Source of the DNA: Isurus oxyrinchus
Taxonomy: Eukaryota
DNA length: 64,000 nucleotides
Assembly: GCA_026770705.1 (NCBI GenBank)
Contig: JANJGN010000021.1
Coordinates: 97,154,001 to 97,218,000, forward strand
Reading direction: 5' to 3'
Below, piece after piece: positions 25,645-39,727 of this stretch. The notes beneath the pieces are model-generated. The model did not search any database, was not told the DNA's origin, and was given only the letters and a program-made list of their open reading frames with translations. Position 1 is the stretch's first letter. Each line of letters starts with the position of its first letter. A program made the translations under genes and the position numbers.

Positions 25645-27918
25645 TTGCGTCTTTCTGTTCTTTTGCTGGAATAACAGGGAGGAATGTTCAAAATTGCAAC
25701 ACCAGTTTGTAATGTGAAAGTGCAATTCATAATTTCAATATAACACCACACTAGTCTGTCTTTTGTTATCCAGAGTACAATCCAACCCCACATCAGATGT
25801 ATCTGCCTGCCCAATTCACTGATCTCTTTCAATTACTTCCTTTTTCATTGTCATTTTACTGTGGCATTGTCTCAACTATACTCTCTATCACACTGACAAA
25901 GTTGAGTTAGTTTTTCTACCGCCACTTTCCTGCCAGCTCGTTGCCCATTTGCCCCAGTGGTCCACCTGTGCTTTGAAAGCATTGGCTACACATCGATTTT
26001 GTGGGTGCATGCAGCCAGATACTGTATAAGCAGCGTCGACATCGAAAAATTCGGACCCGATTGCTATCGAACTTTTCTTACGTGTCTTGTCATTCAGTCA
26101 TTGTTGGAAGTAAAATTGAAATCCTTGCGAGGAAATACAGCAGCATTCTGGCACAATCTTTGGAAATGAAATCAGACTGAACTTTGCCAGTCTAAGACTC
26201 CCAGCACTTTCCTGCTTTAATTTCAGACTTAGCGTTTGCGCTTTTGTGCCAAACATCCGCCCTACAACAGACATCATCAAAAGCACAACCTTTGGCACAG
26301 TTAACCAGCATAAGCCCCTTACATTTCAATCTCTGCGCAGCACTGATGAAGAGGCTTAGGGCCACAGATGTTACCTCTATCCTCTCTCGTAACAAATGCT
26401 GCCAGTGCAGCTCGGCATTTCTGTTATTTTCACTTTTGACTTCACATTTGCACCATTTGCATTATGTTAGCTAAACTTACCCCTTGTTTCAATCGGCACA
26501 GTAGCTGTTTGATCTGCTCGGCACTTGCAGCATTTCTGTTGGCATTGGAGACGTTGGTTTTGGGAAGCTTTGTTCCAATTCACAGAAAATTGTTCTCTTC
26601 AAATCCAGAGAAAATTATTCTGTTCGGTTGCACTTCATTTTGTCTTGGAGTTATTCCACACCCTTTTATGATGGCACTGCCAAACCTGATGGACATTCAA
26701 CATGTATTCCCTAATCAAGAAAGTTTTTCAAGGTGAAACTTCAACTTATGCAGCTGTTAATGTCACTTTAAATTACACGCAAACCGATGGCGCTACCAGT
26801 TGTTGCATAAAACCTCCGATTTCTTCTCCTCCACGTGTTGTTTGGTATCATCGTGGTGACAGGGGAGCAGATATTTCCAATTAGTGTGCAAGAACTTGAT
26901 TTCTATGACAATGTGAAACGATTGTTACTATGGCCTGTGAAGAAACTGTTGAAGGAGCATGATGTTATACTAGGTGCCCAGAAGTGGCGAAAAAGTACTA
27001 TATTCAAGGTTGTGCCCTTTTCTAACTCCAATATGGGAACCACCGGCAAGAAGTCATCTTCCAAAAAAAATGTATATATATATTTCACTTTAGAAACTGC
27101 AATGCACTTTTGTTCCATTTTGCGTAATCGAATGAGCTGCTTTGTAAAGCTATTTCCCTGAAACTGGCAGTAAAGAAGAATCAATGGGGAGCAGACTTGC
27201 ACAAACACGAAGTACATGTCGGAATCTCATATGCATTCAACAAATTGACGTTCCAGAGAGCCGGGAGGAGAGCTCTGTAGTTAGTAAATCAGTTGAAGTG
27301 GGCTATCTTTCTTGTCAACCAAAGCAATCTTCAATGTGAGAGCCTATTGGCCTGGAGGGTGCGCTTCCATAACTTTTTACTTCATATCAGGGATAGGTCC
27401 TACGCTGAATCCTGGTAAAACATTGTTTTGCTTTGTGGCAGCAGCAACATCCGTTCTCAGGTAATTTCATAACCCTGATGCATTAGTTCAGTTTTCATAT
27501 CGAAATCTGCTGTTAGACTTCCTGCACACCTGTAACATTTACACTTTCCATTCCTGCTTTACAGCATGTGCAGTGTTTTCGTTTTGTGAGCATGAAGCTG
27601 GTGGATATCTTACAATCATATTTTAGAAATGCCGACTCTAATTCGTACTGGTGGACTTTGAACAGCTGTATTATTAACTAAATGGAGACTGCCAAGTACC
27701 ACGAAGACAAACTTTCGGAATATGTTTTCGTTTCCTTCTTTCAATGCAATGTCTGGAATTTGTGGCCAAAGAACAGGAAATTTTGGAAGCTTGGATGCTC
27801 AATTCACTTTTCTGCGTGAGGCTTGCCGTGCGATCGAGCACATTTTTCGAAGTTTTTGGTTGTGAAAATGTGCTACCAGCCTGCAGCTTGGCGGTCCATG
27901 CCAGCAGCGACGGGTGGC

Positions 27919-27990
27919 GCCGTGATCGTATAGTGGTTAGTACTCTGCGTTGTGGCCGCAGTAACCTCGGTTCGAATCCGAGTCACGGCA
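27919..27990 (+). tRNA. tRNA-His-GTG: tRNA-His(GTG) copy 12, intact
   Basis: Identical to copy 1. Confidence 0.97.
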
Positions 27991-30266
27991 TTGCATCTTT
28001 CTGTTCTTTTGCTGGAATAACAGGGAGGAATGTTCAAAATTGCAACACCAGTTTGTAATGTGAAAGTGCAATTCATAATTTCAATGTAACACCCCACTAG
28101 TCTGTCTTTTGTTATCCAGAGTACAATCCAACCCCACATCAGATGTATCTGCCTGCCCAATTCACTGATCTCTTACAATTACTTCCTTTATCATTGTCAT
28201 TTTACTGTGGCATTGTCTCAACTATACTCTCTATCACACTGACAAAGTTGAGTTAGTTTTTCTACCGCCACTTTCCTGCCAGCTCGTTGCCCATTTGCCC
28301 CAGTGGTCCACCTGTGCTTTGAAAGCATTGGCTACACATCGATTTTGTGGGTGCATGCAGCCAGATACTGTATAAGCAGCGTCGACATCGAAAAATTCGG
28401 ACCCGATTGCTATCGAAATTTTCTTACGTGTCTTGTCATTCAGTCATTGTTGGAAGTAAAATTGAAATCCTTGCGAGGAAATACAGCAGCATTCTGGCAC
28501 AATCTTTGGAAATGAAATCAGACTGAACTTTGCCAGTCTAAGACTCCCAGCACTTTCCTGCTTTAATTTCAGACTTAGCGTTTGCGCTTTTGTGCCAAAC
28601 ATCCGCCCTACAACAGACATCATCAAAAGCACAACCTTTGGCACAGTTAACCAGCATAAGCCCCTTACATTTCAATCTCTGCGCAGCACTGATGAAGAGG
28701 CTTAGGGCCACAGATGTTAACTCTATCCTCTCTCGTAACAAATGTTGCCAGTGCAGCTCGGCATTTCTGTTATTTTCACTTTTGACTTCACATTTGCACC
28801 ATTTGCATTATGTTAGCTAAACTAACCCCTTGTTTCTATCTGCACAGTAGTTGCTTGATCAGCTCGGCACTTGCAGCATTTCTGTTGGCATTGGAGACGT
28901 TGGTTTTGGGAAGCTTTGTTCCAATTCACAGAAAATTGTTCTCTTCAAATCCAGAGAAAATTATTCTGTTCGGTTGCACTTCATTTTGTCTTGGAGTTAT
29001 TCCACACCCTTTTATGATGGCACTGCCAAACCTGGTGGACATTCAACATGTATTCCCTAATCAAGAAAGTTTTTCAAGGTGAAACTTCAACTTATGCAGC
29101 TGTTAATGTCACTTTAAATTACACGCAAACCGATGGCGCTACCAGTTGTTGCATAAAACCTCCGATTTCTTCTCCTCCACGTGTTGTTTGGTCTCATCGT
29201 GGTGACAGGGGAGCAGATCTTTTCAATTAGTGTGCAAGAACTTGATTTCTATGACAATGTGCAACGATTGTTACTATGGCCTGTGAAGAATCTGTTGAAG
29301 GAGCATGATGTTATACTAGGTGCCCAGAAGTGGCGAAAAAGTACTATATTCAAGGTTGTGCCCTTTTGTAACTCCAATGTGGGAACAACGGACAAGAAGT
29401 CATCTTCCAAAAAAAATATGTATATATATATTTCACTTTAGAAACTGCAATGCACTTTTGTTCCATTTTGCGTAATCGAATGAGCTGCTTTGTAAAGCTA
29501 TTTCCCTGAAACTGGCAGTAAAGAAGAATCAATGGGGAGCAGACTTGCACAAACACGAAGTACATGTCGGAATCTCATATGCATTCAACAAATTGACGTT
29601 CCAGAGAGCCGGGAGGAGAGCTCTGTAGTTAGTAAATCAGTTGAAGTGGGCTATCTTTCTTGTCAACCAAAGCAATCTTCAATGTGAGAGCCTATTGGCC
29701 TGGAGGGTGCGCTTCCATAACTTTTTACTTCATATCAGGGATAGGTCCTACGCTGAATCCTGGTAAAACATTGTTTTGCTTTGTGGCAGCAGCAACATCC
29801 GTTCTCAGGTAATTTCATAACCCTGATGCATTAGTTCAGTTTTCATATCGAAATCTGCTGTTAGACTTCCTGCACACCTGTAACATTTACACTTTCCATT
29901 CCTGCTTTACAGCATGTGCAGTGTTTTCGTTTTGCGAGCATGAAGCTGGAGGATATGTTACAATCATATTTTAGAAATGCCGACTCTAATTCGGACTGGT
30001 GGACTTTGCACAGCTGTATTATTAACTAAATGGAGATTGCCAAGCACCACGAAGACAAACTTTCGGAATATGTTTTCGTTTCCTTCTTTCAATGCAATGT
30101 CTGGAATTTGTGGCCAAAGAACAGGAAATTTTGGAAGCTTGGATGCTCAATTCACTTTTCTGCGTGAGGCTTGCCGTGCGATCGAGCACATTTTTCGAAG
30201 TTTTTGGTTGTGAAAATGTGCTACCAGCCTGCAGCTTGGCGGTCCATGCCAGCAGCGACGGGTGGC

Positions 30267-30338
30267 GCCGTGATCGTATAGTGGTTAGTACTCTGCGTTG
30301 TGGCCGCAGTAACCTCGGTTCGAATCCGAGTCACGGCA
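30267..30338 (+). tRNA. tRNA-His-GTG: tRNA-His(GTG) copy 13, intact
   Basis: Identical to copy 1. Confidence 0.97.
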
Positions 30339-32614
30339 TTGCATCTTTCTGTTCTTTTGCTGGAATAACAGGGAGGAATGTTCAAAATTGCAACACCAGT
30401 TTGTAATGTGAAAGTGCAATTCATAATTTCAATGTAACACCCCACTAGTCTGTCTTTTGTTATCCAGAGTACAATCCAACCCCACATCAGATGTATCTGC
30501 CTGCCCAATTCACTGATCTCTTTCAATTACTTCCTTTATCATTGTCATTTTACTGTGGCATTGTCTCAACTATACTCTCTATCACACTGACAAAGTTGAG
30601 TTAGTTTTTCTACCGCCACTTTCCTGCCAGCTCGTTGCCCATTTGCCCCAGTGGTCCACCTGTGCTTTGAAAGCATTGGCTACACATCGATTTTGTGGGT
30701 GCATGCAGCCAGATACTGTATAAGCAGCGTCGACATCGAAAAATTCGGACCCGATTGCTATCGAAATTTTCTTACGTGTCTTGTCATTCAGTCATTGTTG
30801 GAAGTAAAATTGAAATCCTTGCGAGGAAATACAGCAGCATTCTGGCACAATCTTTGGAAATGAAATCAGACTGAACTTTGCCAGTCTAAGACTCCCAGCA
30901 CTTTCCTGCTTTAATTTCAGACTTAGCGTTTGCGCTTTTGTGCCAAACATCCGCCCTACAACAGACATCATCAAAAGCACAACCTTTGGCACAGTTAACC
31001 AGCATAAGCCCCTTACATTTCAATCTCTGCGCAGCACTGATGAAGAGGCTTAGGGCCACAGATGTTAACTCTATCCTCTCTCGTAACAAATGTTGCCAGT
31101 GCAGCTCGGCATTTCTGTTATTTTCACTTTTGACTTCACATTTGCACCATTTGCATTATGTTAGCTAAACTAACCCCTTGTTTCTATCTGCACAGTAGTT
31201 GCTTGATCAGCTCGGCACTTGCAGCATTTCTGTTGGCATTGGAGACGTTGGTTTTGGGAAGCTTTGTTCCAATTCACAGAAAATTGTTCTCTTCAAATCC
31301 AGAGAAAATTATTCTGTTCGGTTGCACTTCATTTTGTCTTGGAGTTATTCCACACCCTTTTATGATGGCACTGCCAAACCTGGTGGACATTCAACATGTA
31401 TTCCCTAATCAAGAAAGTTTTTCAAGGTGAAACTTCAACTTATGCAGCTGTTAATGTCACTTTAAATTACACGCAAACCGATGGCGCTACCAGTTGTTGC
31501 ATAAAACCTCCGATTTCTTCTCCTCCACGTGTTGTTTGGTCTCATCGTGGTGACAGGGGAGCAGATCTTTTCAATTAGTGTGCAAGAACTTGATTTCTAT
31601 GACAATGTGCAACGATTGTTACTATGGCCTGTGAAGAATCTGTTGAAGGAGCATGATGTTATACTAGGTGCCCAGAAGTGGCGAAAAAGTACTATATTCA
31701 AGGTTGTGCCCTTTTGTAACTCCAATGTGGGAACAACGGACAAGAAGTCATCTTCCAAAAAAAATATGTATATATATATTTCACTTTAGAAACTGCAATG
31801 CACTTTTGTTCCATTTTGCGTAATCGAATGAGCTGCTTTGTAAAGCTATTTCCCTGAAACTGGCAGTAAAGAAGAATCAATGGGGAGCAGACTTGCACAA
31901 ACACGAAGTACATGTCGGAATCTCATATGCATTCAACAAATTGACGTTCCAGAGAGCCGGGAGGAGAGCTCTGTAGTTAGTAAATCAGTTGAAGTGGGCT
32001 ATCTTTCTTGTCAACCAAAGCAATCTTCAATGTGAGAGCCTATTGGCCTGGAGGGTGCGCTTCCATAACTTTTTACTTCATATCAGGGATAGGTCCTACG
32101 CTGAATCCTGGTAAAACATTGTTTTGCTTTGTGGCAGCAGCAACATCCGTTCTCAGGTAATTTCATAACCCTGATGCATTAGTTCAGTTTTCATATCGAA
32201 ATCTGCTGTTAGACTTCCTGCACACCTGTAACATTTACACTTTCCATTCCTGCTTTACAGCATGTGCAGTGTTTTCGTTTTGCGAGCATGAAGCTGGAGG
32301 ATATGTTACAATCATATTTTAGAAATGCCGACTCTAATTCGGACTGGTGGACTTTGCACAGCTGTATTATTAACTAAATGGAGATTGCCAAGCACCACGA
32401 AGACAAACTTTCGGAATATGTTTTCGTTTCCTTCTTTCAATGCAATGTCTGGAATTTGTGGCCAAAGAACAGGAAATTTTGGAAGCTTGGATGCTCAATT
32501 CACTTTTCTGCGTGAGGCTTGCCGTGCGATCGAGCACATTTTTCGAAGTTTTTGGTTGTGAAAATGTGCTACCAGCCTGCAGCTTGGCGGTCCATGCCAG
32601 CAGCGACGGGTGGC

Positions 32615-32686
32615 GCCGTGATCGTATAGTGGTTAGTACTCTGCGTTGTGGCCGCAGTAACCTCGGTTCGAATCCGAGTCACGGCA
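32615..32686 (+). tRNA. tRNA-His-GTG: tRNA-His(GTG) copy 14, intact
   Basis: Identical to copy 1. Confidence 0.97.
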
Positions 32687-34961
32687 TTGCATCTTTCTGT
32701 TCTTTTGCTGGAATAACAGGGAGGAATGTTCAAAATTGCAACACCAGTTTGTAATGTGAAAGTGCAATTCATAATTTCAATGTAACACCCCACTAGTCTG
32801 TCTTTTGTTATCCAGAGTACAATCCAACCCCACATCAGATGTATCTGCCTGCCCAATTCACTGATCTCTTTCAATTACTTCCTTTATCATTGTCATTTTA
32901 CTGTGGCATTGTCTCAACTATACTCTCTATCACACTGACAAAGTTGAGTTAGTTTTTCTACCGCCACTTTCCTGCCAGCTCGTTGCCCATTTGCCCCAGT
33001 GGTCCACCTGTGCTTTGAAAGCATTGGCTACACATCGATTTTGTGGGTGCATGCAGCCAGATACTGTATAAGCAGCGTCGACATCGAAAAATTCGGACCC
33101 GATTGCTATCGAAATTTTCTTACGTGTCTTGTCATTCAGTCATTGTTGGAAGTAAAATTGAAATCCTTGCGAGGAAATACAGCAGCATTCTGGCACAATC
33201 TTTGGAAATGAAATCAGACTGAACTTTGCCAGTCTAAGACTCCCAGCACTTTCCTGCTTTAATTTCAGACTTAGCGTTTGCGCTTTTGTGCCAAACATCC
33301 GCCCTACAACAGACATCATCAAAAGCACAACCTTTGGCACAGTTAACCAGCATAAGCCCCTTACATTTCAATCTCTGCGCAGCACTGATGAAGAGGCTTA
33401 GGGCCACAGATGTTAACTCTATCCTCTCTCGTAACAAATGATGCCAGTGCAGCTCGGCATTTCTGTTATTTTCACTTTTGACTTCACATTTGCACCATTT
33501 GCATTATGTTAGCTAAACTTACCCCTTGTTTCTATCTGCACAGTAGCTGCTTGATCAGCTCGGCACTTGCAGCATTTCTGTTGGCATTGGAGACGTTGGT
33601 TTTGGGAAGCTTTGTTCCAATTCACAGAAAATTGTTCTCTTCAAATCCAGAGAAAATTATTCTGTTCGGTTGCACTTCATTTTGTCTTGGAGTTATTCCA
33701 CACCCTTTTATGATGGCACTGCCAAACCTGGTGGACATTCAACATGTATTCCCTAATCAAGAAAGTTTTTCAAGGTGAAACTTCAACTTATGCAGCTGTT
33801 AATGTCACTTTAAATTACACGCAAACCGATGGCGCTACCAGTTGTTGCATAAAACCTCCGATTTCTTCTCCTCCACGTGTTGTTTGGTCTCATCGTGGTG
33901 ACAGGGGAGCAGATCTTTTCAATTAGTGTGCATGAACTTGATTTCTATGACAATGTGCAACGATTGTTACTATGGCCTGTGAAGAAACTGTTGAAGGAGC
34001 ATGATGTTATACTAGGTGCCCAGAAGTGGCGAAAAAGTACTATATTCAAGGTTGTGCCCTTTTCTAACTCCAATATGGGAACAACGGACAAGAAGTCATC
34101 TTCCAAAAAAATATGTATATATATATTTCACTTTAGAAACTGCAATGCACTTTTGTTCCATTTTGCGTAATCGAATGAGCTGCTTTGTAAAGCTATTTCC
34201 CTGAAACTGGCAGTAAAGAAGAATCAATGGGGAGCAGACTTGCACAAACACGAAGTAAATGTCGGAATCTCATATGCATTCAACAAATTGACGTTACAGA
34301 GAGCCGGGAGGAGAGCTCTGTAGTTAGTAAATCAGTTGAAGTGGGCTATCTTTCTTGCCAACCAAAGCAATCTTCAATGTGAGAGCCTATTGGCCTGGAG
34401 GGTGCGCTTCCATAACTTTTTACTTCATATCAGGGATAGGTCCTACGCTGAATCCTGGTAAAACATTGTTTTGCTTTGTGGCAGCAGCAACATCCGTTCT
34501 CAGGTAATTTCATAACCCTGATGCATTAGTTCAGTTTTCATATCGAAATCTGCTGTTAGACTTCCTGCACACCTGTAACATTTACACTTTCCATTCCTGC
34601 TTTACAGCATGTGCAGTGTTTTCGTTTTGCGAGCATGAAGCTGGAGGATATGTTACAATCATATTTTAGAAATGCCGACTCTAATTCGGACTGGTGGACT
34701 TTGCACAGCTGTATTATTAACTAAATGGAGATTGCCAAGCACCACGAAGACAAACTTTCGGAATATGTTTTCGTTTCCTTCTTTCAATGCAATGTCTGGA
34801 ATTTGTGGCCAAAGAACAGGAAATTTTGGAAGCTTGGATGCTCAATTCACTTTTCTGCGTGAGGCTTGCCGTGCGATCGAGCACATTTTTCGAAGTTTTT
34901 GGTTGTGAAAATGTGCTACCAGCCTGCAGCTTGGCGGTCCATGCCAGCAGCGACGGGTGGC

Positions 34962-35033
34962 GCCGTGATCGTATAGTGGTTAGTACTCTGCGTTGTGGCC
35001 GCAGTAACCTCGGTTCGAATCCGAGTCACGGCA
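34962..35033 (+). tRNA. tRNA-His-GTG: tRNA-His(GTG) copy 15, intact
   Basis: Identical to copy 1. Confidence 0.97.
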
Positions 35034-37308
35034 TTGCATCTTTCTGTTCTTTTGCTGGAATAACAGGGAGGAATGTTCAAAATTGCAACACCAGTTTGTA
35101 ATGTGAAAGTGCAATTCATAATTTCAATGTAACACCCCACTAGTCTGTCTTTTGTTATCCAGAGTACAATCCAACCCCACATCAGATGTATCTGCCTGCC
35201 CAATTCACTGATCTCTTTCAATTACTTCCTTTATCATTGTCATTTTACTGTGGCATTGTCTCAACTATACTCTCTATCACACTGACAAAGTTGAGTTAGT
35301 TTTTCTACCGCCACTTTCCTGCCAGCTCGTTGCCCATTTGCCCCAGTGGTCCACCTGTGCTTTGAAAGCATTGGCTACACATCGATTTTGTGGGTGCATG
35401 CAGCCAGATACTGTATAAGCAGCGTCGACATCGAAAAATTCGGACCCGATTGCTATCGAAATTTTCTTACGTGTCTTGTCATTCAGTCATTGTTGGAAGT
35501 AAAATTGAAATCCTTGCGAGGAAATACAGCAGCATTCTGGCACAATCTTTGGAAATGAAATCAGACTGAACTTTGCCAGTCTAAGACTCCCAGCACTTTC
35601 CTGCTTTAATTTCAGACTTAGCGTTTGCGCTTTTGTGCCAAACATCCGCCCTACAACAGACATCATCAAAAGCACAACCTTTGGCACAGTTAACCAGCAT
35701 AAGCCCCTTACATTTCAATCTCTGCGCAGCACTGATGAAGAGGCTTAGGGCCACAGATGTTAACTCTATCCTCTCTCGTAACAAATGTTGCCAGTGCAGC
35801 TCGGCATTTCTGTTATTTTCACTTTTGACTTCACATTTGCACCATTTGCATTATGTTAGCTAAACTTACCCCTTGTTTCTATCTGCACAGTAGCTGCTTG
35901 ATCAGCTCGGCACTTGCAGCATTTCTGTTGGCATTGGAGACGTTGGTTTTGGGAAGCTTTGTTCCAATTCACAGAAAATTGTTCTCTTCAAATCCAGAGA
36001 AAATTATTCTGTTCGGTTGCACTTCATTTTGTCTTGGAGTTATTCCACACCCTTTTATGATGGCACTGCCAAACCTGGTGGACATTCAACATGTATTCCC
36101 TAATCAAGAAAGTTTTTCAAGGTGAAACTTCAACTTATGCAGCTGTTAATGTCACTTTAAATTACACGCAAACCGATGGCGCTACCAGTTGTTGCATAAA
36201 ACCTCCGATTTCTTCTCCTCCACGTGTTGTTTGGTCTCATCGTGGTGACAGGGGAGCAGATCTTTTCAATTAGTGTGCATGAACTTGATTTCTATGACAA
36301 TGTGCAACGATTGTTACTATGGCCTGTGAAGAAACTGTTGAAGGAGCATGATGTTATACTAGGTGCCCAGAAGTGGCGAAAAAGTACTATATTCAAGGTT
36401 GTGCCCTTTTCTAACTCCAATATGGGAACAACGGACAAGAAGTCATCTTCCAAAAAAATATGTATATATATATTTCACTTTAGAAACTGCAATGCACTTT
36501 TGTTCCATTTTGCGTAATCGAATGAGCTGCTTTGTAAAGCTATTTCCCTGAAACTGGCAGTAAAGAAGAATCAATGGGGAGCAGACTTGCACAAACACGA
36601 AGTACATGTCGGAATCTCATATGCATTCAACAAATTGACGTTCCAGAGAGCCGGGAGGAGAGCTCTGTAGTTAGTAAATCAGTTGAAGTGGGTTATCTTT
36701 CTTGCCAACCAAAGCAATCTTCAATGTGAGAGCCTATTGGCCTGGAGGTTGCGCTTCCATAACTTTTTACTTCATATCAGGGATAGGTCCTACGCTGAAT
36801 CCTGGTAAAACATTGTTTTGCTTTGTGGCAGCAGCAACATCCGTTCTCAGGTAATTTCATAACCCTGATGCATTAGTTCAGTTTTCATATCGAAATCTGC
36901 TGTTAGACTTCCTGCACACCTGTAACATTTACACTTTCCATTCCTGCTTTACAGCATGTGCAGTGTTTTCGTTTTGTGAGCATGAAGCTGGAGGATATCT
37001 TACAATCATATTTTAGAAATGCCGACTCTAATTCGGACTGGTGGACTTTGAACAGCTGTATTATTAACTAAATGGAGACTGCCAAGCACCACGAAGACAA
37101 ACTTTCGGAATATGTTTTCGTTTCCTTCTTTCAATGCAATGTCTGGAATTTGTGGCCAAAGAACAGGAAATTTTGGAAGCTTGGATGCTCAATTCACTTT
37201 TCTGCGTGAGGCTTGCCGTGCGATCGAGCACATTTTTCGAAGTTTTTGGTGGTGAAAATGTGCTACCAGCCTGCAGCTTGGCGGTCCAGGCCAGCAGCGA
37301 CGGGTGGC

Positions 37309-37380
37309 GCCGTGATCGTATAGTGGTTAGTACTCTGCGTTGTGGCCGCAGTACCCTCGGCTCGAATCCGAGTCATGGCA
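37309..37380 (+). tRNA. tRNA-His-GTG: tRNA-His(GTG) copy 16, B-box variant identical to copy 11
   Basis: GCAGTACCCTCGGCTCGAATCCGAGTCATGGCA. Confidence 0.85.
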
Positions 37381-39656
37381 TTGCATCTTTCTGTTCTTTT
37401 GCTGGAATAACAGGGAGGAATGTTCAAAATTGCAACACCAGTTTGTAATGTGAAAGTGCAATTCATAATTTGAATGTAACACCACACTAGTCTGTCTTTT
37501 GTTATCCAGAGTACAATCCAACCCCACATCAGATGTATCTGCCTGCCCAATTCACTGATCTCTTTCAATTACTTCCTTTTTCATTGTCATTTTACTGTGG
37601 CATTGTCTCAACTATACTCTCTATCACACTGACAAAGTTGAGTTAGTTTTTCTACCGCCACTTTCCTGCCAGCTCGTTGCCCATTTGCCCCAGTGGTCCA
37701 CCTGTGCTTTGAAAGCATTGGCTACACATCGATTTTGTGGGTGCATGCAGCCAGATACTGTATAAGCAGCGTCGACATCGAAAAATTCGGACCCGATTGC
37801 TATCGAAATTTTCTTACGTGTCTTGTCATTCAGTCATTGTTGGAAGTAAAATTGAAATCCTTGCGAGGAAATACAGCAGCATTCTGGCACAATCTTTGGA
37901 AATGAAATCAGACTGAACTTTGCCAGTCTAAGACTCCCAGCACTTTCCTGCTTTAATTTCAGACTTAGCGTTTGCGCTTTTGTGCCAAACATCCGCCCTA
38001 CAACAGACATCATCAAAAGCACAACCTTTGGCACAGTTAACCAGCATAAGCCCCTTACATTTCAATCTCTGCGCAGCACTGATGAAGAGGCTTAGGGCCA
38101 CAGATGTTACCTCTATCCTCTCTCGTAACAAATGTTGCCAGTGCAGCTCGGCATTTCTGTTATTTTCACTTTTGACTTCACATTTGCACCATTTGCATTA
38201 TGTTAGCTAAACTTACCCCTTGTTTCAATCTGCACAGTAGTTGCTTGATCAGCTCGGCACTTGCAGCATTTCTGTTGGCATTGGAGACGTTGGTTTTGGG
38301 AAGCTTTGTTCCAATTCACAGAAAATTGTTCTCTTCAAATCCAGAGAAAATTATTCTGTTCGGTTGCACTTCATTTTGTCTTGGAGTTATTCCACACCCT
38401 TTTATGATGGCACTGCCAAACCTGATGGACATTCAACATGTATTCCCTAATCAAGAAAGTTTTTCAAGGTGAAACTTCAACTTATGCAGCTGTTAATGTC
38501 ACTTTAAATTACACGCAAACCGATGGCGCTACCAGTTGTTGCATAAAACCTCCGATTTCTTCTCCTCCACGTGTTCTTTGGTCTCATCGTGGTGACAGGG
38601 GAGGAGATCTTTCCAATTAGTGTGCAAGAACTTGATTTCTATGACAATGTGCAACGATTGTTACTATGGCCTGTGAAGAAACTGTTGAAGGAGCATGATG
38701 TTATACTAGGTGCCCAGAAGTGGCGAAAAAGTACTATATTCAAGGTTGTGCCCTTTTGTAACTCCAATGTGGGAACAACGGACAAGAAGTCATCTTCCAA
38801 AAAAAATATGTATATATATATTTCACTTTAGAAACTGCAATGCACTTTTGTTCCATTTTGCGTAATCGAATGAGCTGCTTTGTAAAGCTATTTCCCTGAA
38901 ACTGTCAGTAAAGAAGAATCAATGGGGAGCAGACTTGCACAAACACGAAGTACATGTCGGAATCTCATATGCATTCAACAGATTGACGTTACAGAGAGCC
39001 TGGAGGAGAGCTCTGTAGTTAGTAAATCAGTTGAAGTGGGCTATCTTTCTTGCCAACCAAAGCAATCTTCTATGTGAGAGCCTATTGGCCTGCAGGGTGC
39101 GCTTCCATAACTTTTTACTTCATATCAGGGATAGGTCCTACGCTGAATCCTGGTAAAACATTGTTTTGCTTTGTGGCAGCAGCAACATCCGTTCTCAGGT
39201 AATTTCATAACCCTGATGCATTAGTTCAGTTTTCATATCGAAATCTGCTGTTAGACTTCCTGCACACCTGTAACATTTACACTTTCCATTCCTGCTTTAC
39301 AGCATGTGCAGTGTTTTCGTTTTGTGAGCATGAAGCTGGAGGATATCTTACAATCATATTTTAGAAATGCCGACTCTAATTCGGACTGGTGGACTTTGAA
39401 CAGCTGTATTATTAACTAAATGGAGACTGCCAAGCACCACGAAGACAAACTTTCGGAATATGTTTTCGTTTCCTTCTTTCAATGCAATGTCTGGAATTTG
39501 TGGCCAAAGAACAGGAAATTTTGGAAGCTTGGATGCTCAATTCACTTTTCTGCATGAGGCTTGCCGTGCGATCGAGCACATTTTTCGAAGTTTTTGGTGG
39601 TGAAAATGTGCTACCAGCCTGCAGCTTGGCGGTCCATGCCAGCAGCGACGGGTGGC

Positions 39657-39727
39657 GCGTGATCGTATAGTGGTTAGTACTCTGCGTTGTGGCCGCAGTA
39701 ACCTCGGTTCGAATCCGAGTCACGGCA
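39657..39727 (+). pseudogene. tRNA-His-GTG: tRNA-His copy 17, 1-nt deletion in the acceptor stem 5' strand
   Basis: GGTGGCGCGTGATC instead of GGTGGCGCCGTGATC; rest intact. Confidence 0.8.
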
